64,000 nucleotides of DNA from the NCBI RefSeq assembly GCF_022539665.2, contig NC_081333.1, positions 6,510,001 to 6,574,000 of the forward strand. Direction: 5' to 3'. A program made the translations under genes and the position numbers. Within the stretch, counting starts at the first letter, position 1; each line of letters opens with the position of its first letter. Origin of the DNA: Daphnia carinata. Its lineage: Eukaryota. The notes under the pieces were generated by a model, which made no database searches, was not told the DNA's origin, and saw only the letters and a program-made list of their open reading frames with translations. Below are positions 14,401-28,400 of this stretch, in pieces.

Positions 14401-17400
14401 AAAACACACAAAAAAAAAAGGCGAATGACCAAAAAGGAGGTATATGTGGAGATGGCGTCCGTACTTCATTCTCGGCGGGGTGTCGCGGTTGCGACACTGA
14501 TACCATCCCCTCGTTTCAAGATCATTGCGATAGGATAGCGACATTCCCTTTTTGTATTGCCCCCTTTCAAACCAATATTCCTCTCTCCATTCTCTGACTC
14601 CCCTTATGGGGCTATCGTCTTCTTCTACCAGCAACTTGTCCAACAATGTAGTAAAGACAACATTACGTCTTCGTTACTTTTCGCCCTCCCCTATGAGCGT
14701 TCCATTCTTTAGCTCCATAATGGATGAACAACGTTGATGTCCCTATTCCCGTGTCGCTTCCATCACCCTGGCCCATTGGCCGTTTCATCTCACCTGCGAT
14801 GCTATTCGGTCAGGGTAACAATTTACGCATTCTAGACAGGTAAAAACGAGCCATCGCTTCGGCGGCAACAGCAACATTTTTTAACTCTTTTTCCAAAGTT
14901 TTTTTGGTTTTTTTGTCGTTCTTTTTTGTTTTCTAATTTATTGGTAGGCCGAGTTCTTTTTCAAGATAGGGGAACTCTTTTATTTTAAGCTTTCGAAAAA
15001 TATACATAGAGATCGTAAGATGCTATTTTCAGATGGCACCCCCGATCTGTCGTGTTAGAAAAATGCTCCTCGAAAAGCATGGATGTGCATAAGAAAGTTT
15101 TCCCACTGCAGGATGTGACGATGTAGTTTGTGTTGCCACAAGTAGTATTAGCTACTTCCTCTTCTTATTGGCGCCTACGCCTTTAATCTGCGCGGGAAGA
15201 TTCACGCTTCAGGTGACTCCAATCGTCCCACATACGTAGTTTTGAAAAAGAAACAAACAAAAAAAAAAAAAGATTGCTACACTATGGCGCGGTGCTAATG
15301 CTTAAAGTTTGGAGGCTGTTTCTCATTCTCGTGTCGCAATTTAACTTCCGGTGGGAACCTGCACTTACGACTGCATGGCCTACTGATTTTTTTTTTTTTC
15401 TGCCTTCTCATTCCCATGTGTGTTATACATGTTGATGGCTTACATACAAGTACAAGATAAACAATTGTAATTACCGCTCCGATAGGTAGGGACCGTGGGA
15501 ATTGACGACTCTGGGAACAAATTCTCTTCCAGTGACTTCGACAACAAAAAAGAGCAAAACGACGAGGTGACGGCGAGCGGATGTAACGTGTTGATCTATT
15601 CCGAAAATGTTTTACGGACGCCTTGAATCGAAGTGCAACAGAACTAACTTATCTTTCCTGCTTTTCGTAGATTCAATACTGTCATCTTCTTTGATATCTG
15701 AAGGATTCTTTCAGCCATTTCTCGTTGATCAGGTTGTCTTTGCCTTTTCGTTTCACTAATAGTTTGCATTTCTGCGTTAAGAACGATAAAACTCACTTCT
15801 TCATTGCTGATTCAGACTCTCTCTTACTTAATACATTAGCGGTTATGCCGTGCGACCGTTGATATGTGTTTAGCCATAGACTTTGTTCTCACAAACATTA
15901 AAAACTTTGCTCTGCGTGCGACCTGGTGTTACCTTCATTGCTCTAACTGGAAACGAGGACGTTTACTTCATCCAGGGGAATTTTGAAAAATATTTGAAAT
16001 GTGAATGAAATGAAGCAAATTCGTGTTGACTCTGTTACATTTTGATTCGTTCTGTTTCGTTAACTAATCTCTTCCGCGATCGATCGCCCATGTCGTTCCC
16101 ATTCTAATAACTCACTGCAAACAATCGTTGGTACTCCAGGAACAATCGAGATTCGTACGAGCAATTCAAGGCCTCCAACGAAAGTCCACAATAATACATT
16201 TTTTTTACGTTATTACGTCACCGGCTTTATGACATCCTTTTAATACCCACGTGCGAGCAGTTTGTGTAGTTCAAAGCGATTTTGTTACGACAAGACGACA
16301 GAACAACGCAAACAAATAAATACAAAAATCTATTTAAAAAAAAAAACAAAAAAAACAAAACACAACAATACACAATGTGTCCTAGGGCTTAAACAAAAAC
16401 AGTTCTACGCCATCGCTATGATGAATAACCCGAAGAAGTAGAAGGACTGGAAGATGCCCTATTAAATGGATGCTCTCCCTCTATTTGAACCGCTTTTAAA
16501 GCAGCTAGATAATCCCCGCGAACATAGACGTGTTCAGATCCGAGCCGGCTTCAATTACTCCCGCGTGAAGCGTCCTTGAAATCGGATTCGTTTGAAGCCG
16601 ATAGTCAGCAGCGAAGATGCACAAATAAAAAAGGATGCACTAAGAAAGAGATATACACCGGTATTTGTTGTCAGGTAAAACATCGCCGAGGCGACCCATC
16701 TACCCGGGATTTATAAGATATCCTAGAACGACAAGCTCTAATATATGCATTGTATTCTATCTTCTGTAGGCTACAACGGAGTTTCGAGGAAAAAAAAAAA
16801 AGAATAAAACAAAAAAGAATGAAAAAAAAAGGGAAAACCGTCAAAATAAAGGAGAAAAAAAGATCGAGATCGGGTAGTTGTGGAGGAAGTAGGGGGAGAA
16901 GCAAGAGATGGGGTGGGCAACAGGAAGCGACTCTGCAAGTCTTGTCCCCTTCTTTCCGCCCTGTGCTTCGAACGTTACGCTTGCGTGAGGCGGATAATAT
17001 GCACTCTCTTTTCTATTCTCTCTCTCTCTCTCTCTCTCCTTCTCTTTACTCCGTCTCATTCTTCATCTTTTCTGTTTCATTATTTTAATAACCATTGCGT
17101 TACAGTACAGCAGTTTACTGATACAAAAAAAAAAACAAGAAAAAAAAAAATCCCTTTTTTATCGTTTGTTCATGCTCCAGAAGTTACTTGTCTGCTTCCC
17201 AACAACGTTTTAAGGCGCGCCATTCTATCAGCTACCCACTGGGCACGAGATTTCCTTTCTCATCTTTCACAATCAAATCTCGCTTTTGGTGCGGCTTCCA
17301 TTCTTAGCTAATGAATTTTGTAATTAGAGGCGCAAATGTCAAGCTCGGGCGATCATCCTAAAAGGTAGATCGAAATATCGACAAAGGTATTTGACTGTTT

Positions 17401-20400
17401 TATAGGCAACCAGTTAGTCTATAACGTTCTCCTGTGGGCGTGCAGACTTTCTCTCTCTGCCGTGGCCGCAAGTTGCGCGATGGATTGGTCCCATTCACGA
17501 AAGCGTAGCAGGTTAGGACGCACGAAAGTAAGCCGTTCCGCGGAATAGACTATTTATTAGCGATGAACAAAGAGATCTTCCGCGTCAACTACGTATACTT
17601 GGGAAGGAGGGGGGGGGGGGGGGACTATAACGAAACATCTCACGAGCCATGGCATGTCAAATGATGAAGACCGTACACTGTAAATGAGACAGGTGGTGGA
17701 TGGAAGCCATTTGTGGTACCCTCTCCCCAATCTTCTCACATATCGTATGCTCATAAAGTACGTCTTCTTATTCTTCCTTCATTTTTTTTTTTTTGTAAAT
17801 AATTATTATTCCCTGTCCTCAGAACAAAAGAGGGGTGGGGGGGGGGGAGAAAACGATGAACAATGAGGGGGGAGTCAAAGGACGAGGGGCAAAAAAGGAA
17901 CGGGCTTTCTCATCTTTAAATTCATTTTCGTATGTCCGTTCATTGTGGGTGAGAGGTCACGAGGAGCGACAAGAAGAGAAAATTTGGTCAGCTCGGTATT
18001 ATAATTCAATCGAGAAGGATATACCCGCAGAAGCACTTGACCCGCTTCATTGCGTTGCCTGCGAGAAACCCAAGCGCTTTCAGCGTCACGACAGAAACAA
18101 ATTTGATATACATGCATACGATGCAGTTGCAAAAGCAAGTCCCAGAGAAGGAGAAAACGTAAGACGACACTACTGTGCTATTCATCGCCTTCTAATTTCC
18201 CCTTTTTTTCTCGCTCACTAAACACGCCGCTCTGTGTGCCAAAATGTTTTCATCAGAAAACAATGGAATATGACGGGTTCCAGAGGACGTCCATCGCTGC
18301 CTCCAGCAGCCAAAGCAACACCGACCGATTTCCCCATCGACGGATTCAATTAGACGATGAGTCTCGCAATTCGCTCAAAGTGCTACAGCTGTGTGCTCCA
18401 GTTATTTTACCTCTGCCGCTATACCCGCTGGCATACATAGCCAATTGTTCTGGGCTCTGCCAACGCCGGCCGGGCACAAAATGATTAGAACGAAAGAGTG
18501 ATGACGAAACCTGTCACGGCTAATGTTCATCAGTGCTGGCGATGAAGGAATAGCCATTACTGATCAGCCGTACGACTCCCATTGATCCGATTGGATTACA
18601 CGTGGTATAGCCAGGTCGGGTCGGCGGATGCTTCTCGTGCTATTTCCCGTCTATAGTCCCATTTTTTTTTTTTTTTTTATTTCCGAGGGTGACTTTTAAT
18701 CACTGCACTGGCAAGTTAATTAGTGAGTGACCGCATCGTGCGGTCAGCCGACATCAGGCGAGCCAAGAGGCTATGTTGGCTTCTTTTCTCGTGCCAATGA
18801 CATTCGAAGACGTTGACGACAGCGACCAACAGCCACCGTTTCGGATTTGGGCCTCCTCCCCCCCCCCCCCCAACCTTTCTCACTAATGCCTTTCTTTAAC
18901 CTCCTGTTTCTATTTGTCTGTCTCTCTTTCAGTCTACTTTTTTTTCCTTTTTTTTTTGTTGAGTCTTTTGTGTCGTTGGTTGGCCAGCAGGCAGCTCGAC
19001 CCCATGTTACTCTGTACAGGTCGTGCCATTTTCATTTTCTCCGTGTCCTCCCTGATGTTGCCATAGACGTTGGAGTATCGCCAACACGCCGTCCTGTGCG
19101 CCTTCTGCTATTACCCCGTAAACACGGTCTGTTACCCTGTCTCCTCCCAATTCCATCTGATCAGCGATCACCCGAATACAATTTTATTTCGCTTCTTTTC
19201 TTCTCCTACCTCTTGTCCAGTTGCCCTCCGATGATGTCGGGAAATTCTATTTACCGTCGATATCCTCCACAGTCCGTTAGCCCTCGTACCGTCGGTCTAT
19301 TTGTGTCACGAATTGCAAACCAAGGCCCACTGTCCCTATTTCATTTTATTTTTTTCATTCCTTGTCTTGTTTTGTCTGATCTTTTCGCCCGTTCTTTAGT
19401 TATCGGTACTCTTTTTTTTTTTTTCCTCTTTCTCCTTTTATTCTGGCTGGTTTCCCCGCCTTTTTCCATAATTTTCTCAGTGCCATGTACGAAAGAATTT
19501 TCGGACGAAATCGATAACATGAAGCCAATCGATAGGAAAAGCCCTTTACTTGCATTGTTATTTTTTCTTTTTTTTTTTTTTTGCCCATTCGCTAACCTTT
19601 AGGATTTACAAAACCAATTTTCCTCGATCGTCAACAATGGCTGTTCAACTTTCGATACCTGTGCACAAGCTTTTGTCTATTTAGTCTCTAGTTTTTAAGC
19701 GACATGAAATCTCATCATATTACGGCCATGTCTGGGATTCTTGCCGTTGCTCTTTACCATTTTTTTGACAGTGACTGAGGATCGGATGACTGTTTCGCTG
19801 CCTCACCCGCCTTCGAATAATGTTAAAAAAGAAACCAAATGACGTGGAAGACATCGTTGTGTGTGATCTATTGGATTATACGGAACTTTAACAGAGAATG
19901 TATACCAATAGATGTCGACCCCCATGTTGAAAAAAGAAAAAGAAAAAAAAGCAAAAAAAAGGGGCAAAAAAAAGGCCAAAAAAAAAATGAAAAAAATAAG
20001 AACTCTATTTATATCGCGCCCTACTAGTGACCTAGTAGGTCGTCTCTTTAGTCAGCATTAGTCAGAAAACGTATTTTGGCTGCTTTCTAACATAGGAAAA
20101 AATTCCGGAGACTTGTCTATTGGATTTCACGTCTGGGATCCAGATCACGCATGCAAAACGCAGCTCAATCTTTGTGTAGAAGTAGTAAAAACGGCGTAGA
20201 AGCACATGGCTTATGCGAACTACTATTTTCAAACGTGAGGAATAAAACCAATATTGGATATCGATAAGCATGGCAAGCTATTTCCTACTATGATGATTTC
20301 TCAGACGAGCTTCGTCTCAAAGTCCAATTAAAAAAATTATCTGAATAAATGGCATAACTTACAGTCTCAATCATCTTTTTCCATTTCTTACCTTCAGAAG

Positions 20401-21855
20401 CAAAACACAGTGAATGAAAAGCCATCGCATAATACTGAGATCACGCTTCGTATCGATATCGTGAGCGAACCGAAATCATATTTCTATTCTTTACTGCAGC
20501 GATAGCACAAACCCATTCAAAGCGTATGTTTACGTTAGATATCGCTCGTTTCACTAGATTCACTCTTCCTACCGAAATCTATGTATGTTGCAGCCTTAAT
20601 CTGCAGGAGCTATTTTCATTTAACTCTGCCGATAGGAAGTAGCAGCTTTGGCATCTTCCTTAGGTTTTGCCTCGCCCCAAGAATATATACCCCTTGCTTG
20701 CTGATGTAACTGTATGCTTGTAACATATTAGCCCCCTCAACGGCAAAATTTGTTAGGGTGTCGAGCGGGACTTACCGTGACAGATAATGGTCTGGATGGA
20801 TAGCACGACGAAAAGAAGCTGGATGATAGAAGCGCCTGATGCCATTGTCCTTTTCCGTTCGTTTTACTTTCGCCGTTCTTCTTCGTCTTCTTTTCCCGAT
20901 TTGTCCTATTCTCTCTTCCTGCTACTTCAGCGTGATATTTCTACTACGGAGTTTTCTGTTGCCTTCCTTCGTTTACTCCTTCCCTCTTCCACTTCTCCCT
21001 GTATTCGTTTCCTCCTTATAATTACACTGACGACTCAGAGTTGAACACGGTCCATTACGGATTTATCGATGATGGAGCCGATGCCAATCACTAACGACAC
21101 TAGCGGACACGGCTGGCGTTGTGCAAAATTTCTTAACACACACGGCCATTCAAAGGGTGCAGTTATCGATGCCACTAAACCGCCGATGGTCAAACGGTAC
21201 TATTTCGTCGTCCGCAAAATGTGTTTATGAATAGTAGTCCAATCACGTCCCTCTGGGGTGTCGGTGACCGATGTGTTTTAGATGTGCAATGTAGGCAACA
21301 AGTTCTCTATTATCCCGAAACACACACACACACACCCAAAAAAAAAACAGTCATCAAAATTTAAATAGTGTTTTTTAATTTTTTCTGTTGGACGAGTAGG
21401 TTTATTTACGAATAGGTTGCACAACTGGAGTAAGGCCACTGGGAACCTTGATCGCGTGCGTCCAGCTACGGCCAAAGAACCAAGACAACTGGCTGGCTTC
21501 AGGTAAAAGGGCCGTACTGTAAGATAGTAGCTCATGTTGTCGCTTGATGTTGGCGGAAAGAGGGCAAGGGCGCTGCCGCCCGCTCGTCGTGGAGAAAAGG
21601 GCGAAGGCAAAGGAAGAAAGAAGGGGAGGGGCCTTCCGTTCCCTCAAAACCAAGGGGATATATGAGAACAAGCAAAAAGAGTTGTCGGGGTTGTCTGAGA
21701 CAGCCAATGGTACGAATTCATTGGCATGTAGTCGGATGTATGATATAGCATATATTTCTACCTTTTGTAGAAGAAAAGCGCTAGAGTTGAACTTTATTCA
21801 AATTCGAATAAATGAAAATACTCAACGATTTTTCGTCTATTTACTTCATTTTTAC

Positions 21856-21870
21856 GCCACTAGATGGCAA
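21856..21870 (+). promoter_or_regulatory. CTCF-like motif
   Basis: GCCACTAGATGGCAA closely matches the CCACYAGRKGGC core. Motif match only. Confidence 0.35.
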
Positions 21871-24800
21871 CTTCTTTTGATCGCCTCTTCTGCTCATTTC
21901 GTTTGAAAGTGTCTAGGCGTTTGCTCCTCAGTTCTCTCCCCGTTATTTCTAATATAACATATAATTTCTAATAATAGCACATAGTCCAACTTTCAAAGTT
22001 TAATTTGGCGTTCCGTTTTCTTTCTTATTGGACAAGTTCTAAACATTTCGAAGGTCGTAGTATTACAATTTTCGCGCTAACAGCGATGTCAAAATTAGGC
22101 ACACAACTCCTTTCTCATGAACGGCTATGATAATTCTAAAGGTAGGTATCTTTTTGTTTTGTTTATTAGAGGATTTCATTTTCTTTTACTTCTAAAATTC
22201 GTACGAAAAGAAATGTGTAAGATCGTTGCTTAACGACGGAAACGGTTGACGTGCCATGCTTTTTACTTTTCGATTTATTTTCTTCTGGCTGGAGATTGTG
22301 CGGTTGCCAAACGACTACGGTAGCCATGAAGAGGATCTCCGTGTTGTGCCGGCTGTTATTATTGCAGGATTTACCCAAGCAAAGGAAACCGGCGACTTTA
22401 AACGATGATGTCTATATGCGGCTGCACCCGGAAGATAGCAACTTCGTCGTTTGCAGAGTAGTCTGAACGTTTGGGGAATCCACAGACGATAGTTTATTTT
22501 TAAATTATGTAGGATTTGAAAATTTTTTGTTGCTGTTGCTGTTCCAGCTCAGCTGTGGCTGACCTGCCGTCCTTATTGCGGCAATTGTTGCAAGAAAACT
22601 CAATTTTCATTTGTTTTTCACACCTTCTTTTTTTATTTATTATTATTTTTTTTTATTTGGGTTTTGTGTTTTAGTTTAGGGTTTGGATTCCCTTAATTTT
22701 CTTTTGCATTTGCAGCATCACCTGTGAAAATGGACAACGCAAATAGCGCAGGAACCTTTGTTTTCAACTTGTTTTACCGATTGGCAACTAACGAAAAGGA
22801 CGTAATCAGACATGCCGCGTCCACCAGCGACCGCTGAATGCCGAGAAAATTTCTTATGACAAATGACCAAGTATTGCGAAACTGGTTGTTCGTTCATCGT
22901 TACTTTTTTTTAAAAATCTGGATCATGCTGATTCAAAGTAAAAATTTTTAAGATTTATGGCCGCTGGGCGACACAACTTAGGGTAACATTATACTAGAAC
23001 AAAAGAAAGGTTTTATCATCTACTCCATCACGTAGCTTGCCTAATAGGTTCCCTATCCCTAATTATAAGGTTAAATGTTCGTTGCCTCTAAACATGAAAC
23101 GGAAATACAACGCTGAACAGCCTGAAAATACTCTTTGTTTCTCTCAAAAACGACCCGTTTCCTACAATTTGATAGGATTATACGGGGTTGTTGGGTGATG
23201 GTGGCTTCTTTTTTTTTTTTTACAAGGCGGAAGTTGTCCAAATGAAAAAGGGGGAAAAAGGAATAAGAAAAAAAAAAAGCTAAAACCTTCCCATCATCTT
23301 CTTATATCGCCGAATAGATGGCGTGGACAAATAACCGATTCCAACTTTTTTAAAAAAATTTTCTTAGATTAACATACGTATTTCTCGTACAAAAAATAAA
23401 AAACTCTTTTGAGAGTTTATAAATTGGTATTCAAGCTTATTGCACTGTATATTAAATAGGTCGATGTTAATTTATAAACGGCATTGTTGGCATTACAACA
23501 TTTTTGTGGCATGAAAATACAAGTATTGATTGTATCTTTCATAAGGTATTGGTACGAGAGCAAAAAGAATTTACACATAATACGAATTTAATTACATCTG
23601 ACGTGTGTCGCGCACTCGCGCTAATACCTCCCGACTGTAAGCCGGACCCCAGGTAAACAAGGCAGAACCCTATTTCCCAACGATTTGACTTGCTCCTTGT
23701 TGTAACTGTTGAGAAACGCTAGATGGTGTTAGGGTCGCCAAGCAGGCAACTTTAAGGAATCGAATCGGACTAGGACAAGCGATTTTAATCACGTCAATAA
23801 TGGAGGGCATTAAGTCATGTGATGGCAAGCAAGACTGCAAATTCCCTATTAATTAGAAATCCTCTTTCATGCTCCTTTTACTGGCAGAAAGCTGGTATGA
23901 TTGATCCGCTTGCCATGTGGAATTAATAACGCCAGGGTTTTACATGAAATATTTTTAGTTTTCTTTTTGGTAGGTATTGTGCCAATTTCATTCACTGATT
24001 ATGTCCTTTGAAAGAATCTAAAGCATTTGCGTACGCCCGAATTTTTGTTCTGGATTGGCTAATTATTATTTTAATATGTGGTCCGCTCGTCGCATTTCGC
24101 CTGTATTAGGCAAATCGCCAAAGGCTCAGTTACAGACCAACAGGCTCCAAATTCAGCTAGCTTGTATTCGCACTTTACTTGCATATAATTCGCTATGAAT
24201 AAAATGTGGTCCGTAAATTCACCGTGTCTTTCAAGCATGTAAGGCGTGCAGCCGCTCACCTTCATCGATGCAGATTCACAGAAGCTAAAGAAGTAGCGGA
24301 GAAAACTGCATATTTGTATCGTTTATAATTATTATTAACAAAAAAGTGGATTAGGATAATGTTCTTGAGAATTCGTTACAGCCTATTTATTAGTCTGTTA
24401 GAAAAAGAAAGTTGTTAGAAACGAAAGACAAGCCTGTTCGAGCGACCAGTACGTAGTACCATACGCAAGCCACTCAAATTTTAATCTTTTGGAACAAAAC
24501 TTATATCACTTAAAAATGCTTTGTCAATTAACACGTCGCTAGAAAGTGAGCATATATATTTTTTAATATTCTGTAGTTTTCAAAATAAAAAATTATGAGT
24601 CACACAGCCATTTAATCGCACAATTAGTGAATCGAAATAAATAAATAAAAAGGAAAACTTCGACAAGTGATTGGAGTTCATGATACGTTCCCTGAATTTT
24701 TGCTGGGATTGAGTGTTTCCCGGTCATAAGAAAAAAATGTGGTAGAAAAATGGCAAAAATGATTTTTTGTTTACATGTAATGATCCCAGAACAGCTGCAG

Positions 24801-25454
24801 TCTAATAGCAATACTTAGTTGCAAATTTGCACGGGCCATGTGAGAAAAATTTTTTCCGGGCGGTGAGATAAAACAGATCCAACAGTGAGGTGAATAAAAT
24901 AGAGGTATGAAGGAGGAGCTCTGTTTGCTTTCCCCGCTTGTTGTCAGCGGAGCCGAACGAAAGCTAGAATGCATGGAAGACTGGTAGTGGAAAATGGGGC
25001 GGGACTTGGCCCGCTTGTTTAGTATAGGAAAAAAAAGGAAAAGAAAATAACAGAAGAGGGAAGTTGACCGGCCGAGGGTCTGTCTGAGTCACAAGTAGTC
25101 CATCCAGGCATCAGAAAGGACGTTCAAGTTACCTACAGACCACCTCTTTTAATAGATAGCTCGCAGTTTTCTTTTCAAAAACTAGGATAGAAATAAAACT
25201 CCGTTTTCCGGTTCAAAACGCAACAGTTATCTCCAACAGCTTCACTTAATTATCTACATCCATTGTCAAACCGTGCTTGCGCAACTTGTTCTGTTGCTTA
25301 TTGGCTAACTCTTTTTAAAAAACAATAGTTCGGAAAAAAAAAAGAAAAAGCAAAACAAGGCACATTGGAGACACACAAAACAGTGTGCGCTTGAACGTTT
25401 CACGTTCAGTTGTTATTACGGAACCGACAAACAGCTTTGCCAGTTGACAACAGA

Positions 25455-28400
25455 ATGGAACATTCGCTGTTTTTCGCCACGCTCAGCGTCATTCTATTGC
25501 ATTTCAATTTTGGTAAGTGTTCACAATCTATTTCGTTTCATTTATCACTCGTCTGCTAATGCAAAAGAGATTTTCCCTCCACAATCTGGGTGGTCCAACC
25601 TGTTGTGGCCCGATGTGTTGGGACTGCTAAATACTTGCGGTGATGATCTCACTGATTACACGCTCTCGTTTTGTTCGCTTCCCATCGAAGATGATGGCCT
25701 GTCACGGTATCCGTGTCGTAGGATCAGAGAGCGTTGCAAGGGTCTCTGCGCCTCCCCGCTGGATGCGGGCTATTTATGTTTCACCGCTCGTTTGGTAAAA
25801 ATCGGCGGCGACGCTCAGTTCAAACGACGAGTGCACGTCCACCTCCGCGATGGGTAGACAAGCAGGAAAGAAGGGGGTGAGATAAGTATAGGAAATTTTT
25901 TTTTATCTTGATTTCATACGCGACACGAAAGCGTTCGATTGTCATCCATCAAAACTATATCGCCCTGTAACCATCTATCCCGCCGGATTAAACATCGTAA
26001 CACGACCGCATTGCTCAACGACCCCATGGGCCGTCCAGGCTCAACTTTCCCATTGGTTTTGTTTTGTTTTTCGTAAACTCCGTAGGCTGTGGTATTATTA
26101 ACATACGGCAATCGCTGTCGGCGGCCATTTTCACTAGTAGGATTTATTGCGTAGAAATCACACCTTGTATTATGTTATGAAAATCTTTCCTCATATTACC
26201 CCAAAAGCAGAGGTGGAGTTGACTATTTTGTTGAAACAAGTAGCAACGCAATTGTCAGCGTTTTTTTGGTTTTTTCACGTTTCAGTGAAAGGGGGACAGC
26301 GCGTGTTTGATTACTTCTTCTGGGCATAACATAAAACTAAAAAACAATCCATTCCGTGGTGATAAGACCACGTGTAACATACGTGTAACGGCCAGTTGCA
26401 GCAATTTCTCGCCATTCTTTCTCGCCAGCAATAGACTTACATGGCGTCTGCTTTGTCGAAGACGACATAGCGGTACGCGTGAAAAATTGAATGGCTGTGC
26501 GTGTACGATGCCGTACAATTGATGGGACGTGCGGGCAGACTAGCAGCCACATGCAGTTTCCTTTTTCGCTTGCGTTTCTTTCGTTTGTCTATGTGTGTGT
26601 GTGCGTACGTTGCTGACTTCATTATCAGTCCCAGGCCATATAGGTAAAATTCTATAAATGGAAGAGGGAGCCCAAGTGGAGCGGTCAGATTTCGGGAAAC
26701 CAAATGACACGGTCAGCTCTTGTGAACTGATTCAGCAATTCGGTCGTCATCGTGTGGGTGGTGAGAATGGATTGCCTTTTTTTCCCATGACTCTCGCACA
26801 CGCTCGGCATTCGACGCCCAGTTTACACAGTGACGCCAGCTCTCAACAGCCTGTCTTCACAGACATTCGACTTCGCGTCGTGTATTCCAGAACGTATTGT
26901 TACAAGAACGAACGGAACCTTTTTTTTTTATAGCTCGGAATTCGACAACGGCAATGTATTTCTTCGTCTAGCGCGTGTCTTTCTCGGTGGTGTTACTTTT
27001 ACAACCCACGTAAAAAGGAAAGAGAATAATGTGTAGGCCACATATTCAGTGTAATATATTAGCGTCGGACAGATTGCTGCCGTTGCTAAAGCAGACGCAG
27101 CGGCATAATACCCTTGCCAAACTGCCTCGCGAACGAACAGGCAAAAAGATAAAATTAGAGGAAACGAAAATGAAAAAGGAAAAAGAACAAAACAAAAAAC
27201 AAATCTCAATATTCCGGCAGCAAGGGGAGTCACAGTTCTAATTGTAGCGTCATTCCGTTTCCACAACCCTACCCATCATCGGACAGTGCATTGCAAACGT
27301 GGGGTCAAAAAGCTTTCCAGAACCACTTCAAACAGGCCCGACAGCCCAATGCCCCGGTCCAACTGTACGGTCAATCATCTGATATATCCGGAGAACGGAA
27401 GCAGGTGTCCGGAAATCCACGCTTAACATCCGGTCGCCATTGAATGTTCTGATCTGGATCATCCTGACGCCATTGTGTTTAGCCTGACTGTGCATACAGT
27501 GCGTGACATCCTCCTGGGTGACGCCCGTACACGCGGCGCTGTGACGCAACTTTTTTTTCCTTTCCCGTTTGTTATCCTGTTTTCGTATTTTACGCGAGGT
27601 AGTAGAAAAAGCCAGGGAGCAGTTGCCTCTGCTTGTTTACATGGTACAGTTGTGAATTGCTATACGCTACGTAGCCATATTATAGCCACATCTGTCATCT
27701 CGTAAAAACAAAACAGTTGCTGGAAACCTTCAAGGTAAAAAAAAAGAAATGAATAAAAATAGGAAAAAAATAAAAATAAAAATAACACAAGTAAGAAATA
27801 AAGAAGAAGTGGCAACGAGTATGCGCGCGTGTGGTAGTTTTGTTTTTGTAGGAATATGGGCCCGGTGGCCGTCGCTGCTGATGTGGGCGCGCGCACCTGC
27901 TCGCCGTTGACCAAAAGTCGCACCATTGACCAACCGTAAACCGGAAATTTTTCTTCCTATTTGACACTCTCGTGTTTTCAGTTTTTTTTTTCTTTTTTTC
28001 CCTGTCACGTTGAAAGACTTTTCTATACAACGTCAGTAAACGCACAACAAAACAGCAAAACATAACCCACCACATTTCAATCAAATGCGAGCAAGGCCGT
28101 AGCTGGTATATCGTCATTGGCAATGCGCATGTCTACTCTACATTTCAGCATGTGTTTGATGCAAACTGTCTTGCTCAGGCACACAGCAACAAGCCAATGA
28201 TCACAATAATTCTTTATGGTGGGCCATAGTTGGCCCGTGCGCGACCAGCTGCTGGCCGTGGCTGCCGAACGAGTTGGGTTTCAGCTGCCGCTTCTGCGGT
28301 TGGACGAGACCTCGGTGAGGTTCTTTCAGCTGGCCAGCCCAACCCTTGGTAGCAATGGCACCACTGTACACCACGCACATACCACTCTACATACGCACAC

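Noticed and set aside
22327..22466. MKRISVLCRLLLLQ as the Beat-like signal-peptide exon
   Set aside because: No suitable phase-1 donor follows; the 25455-25512 exon fits far better.
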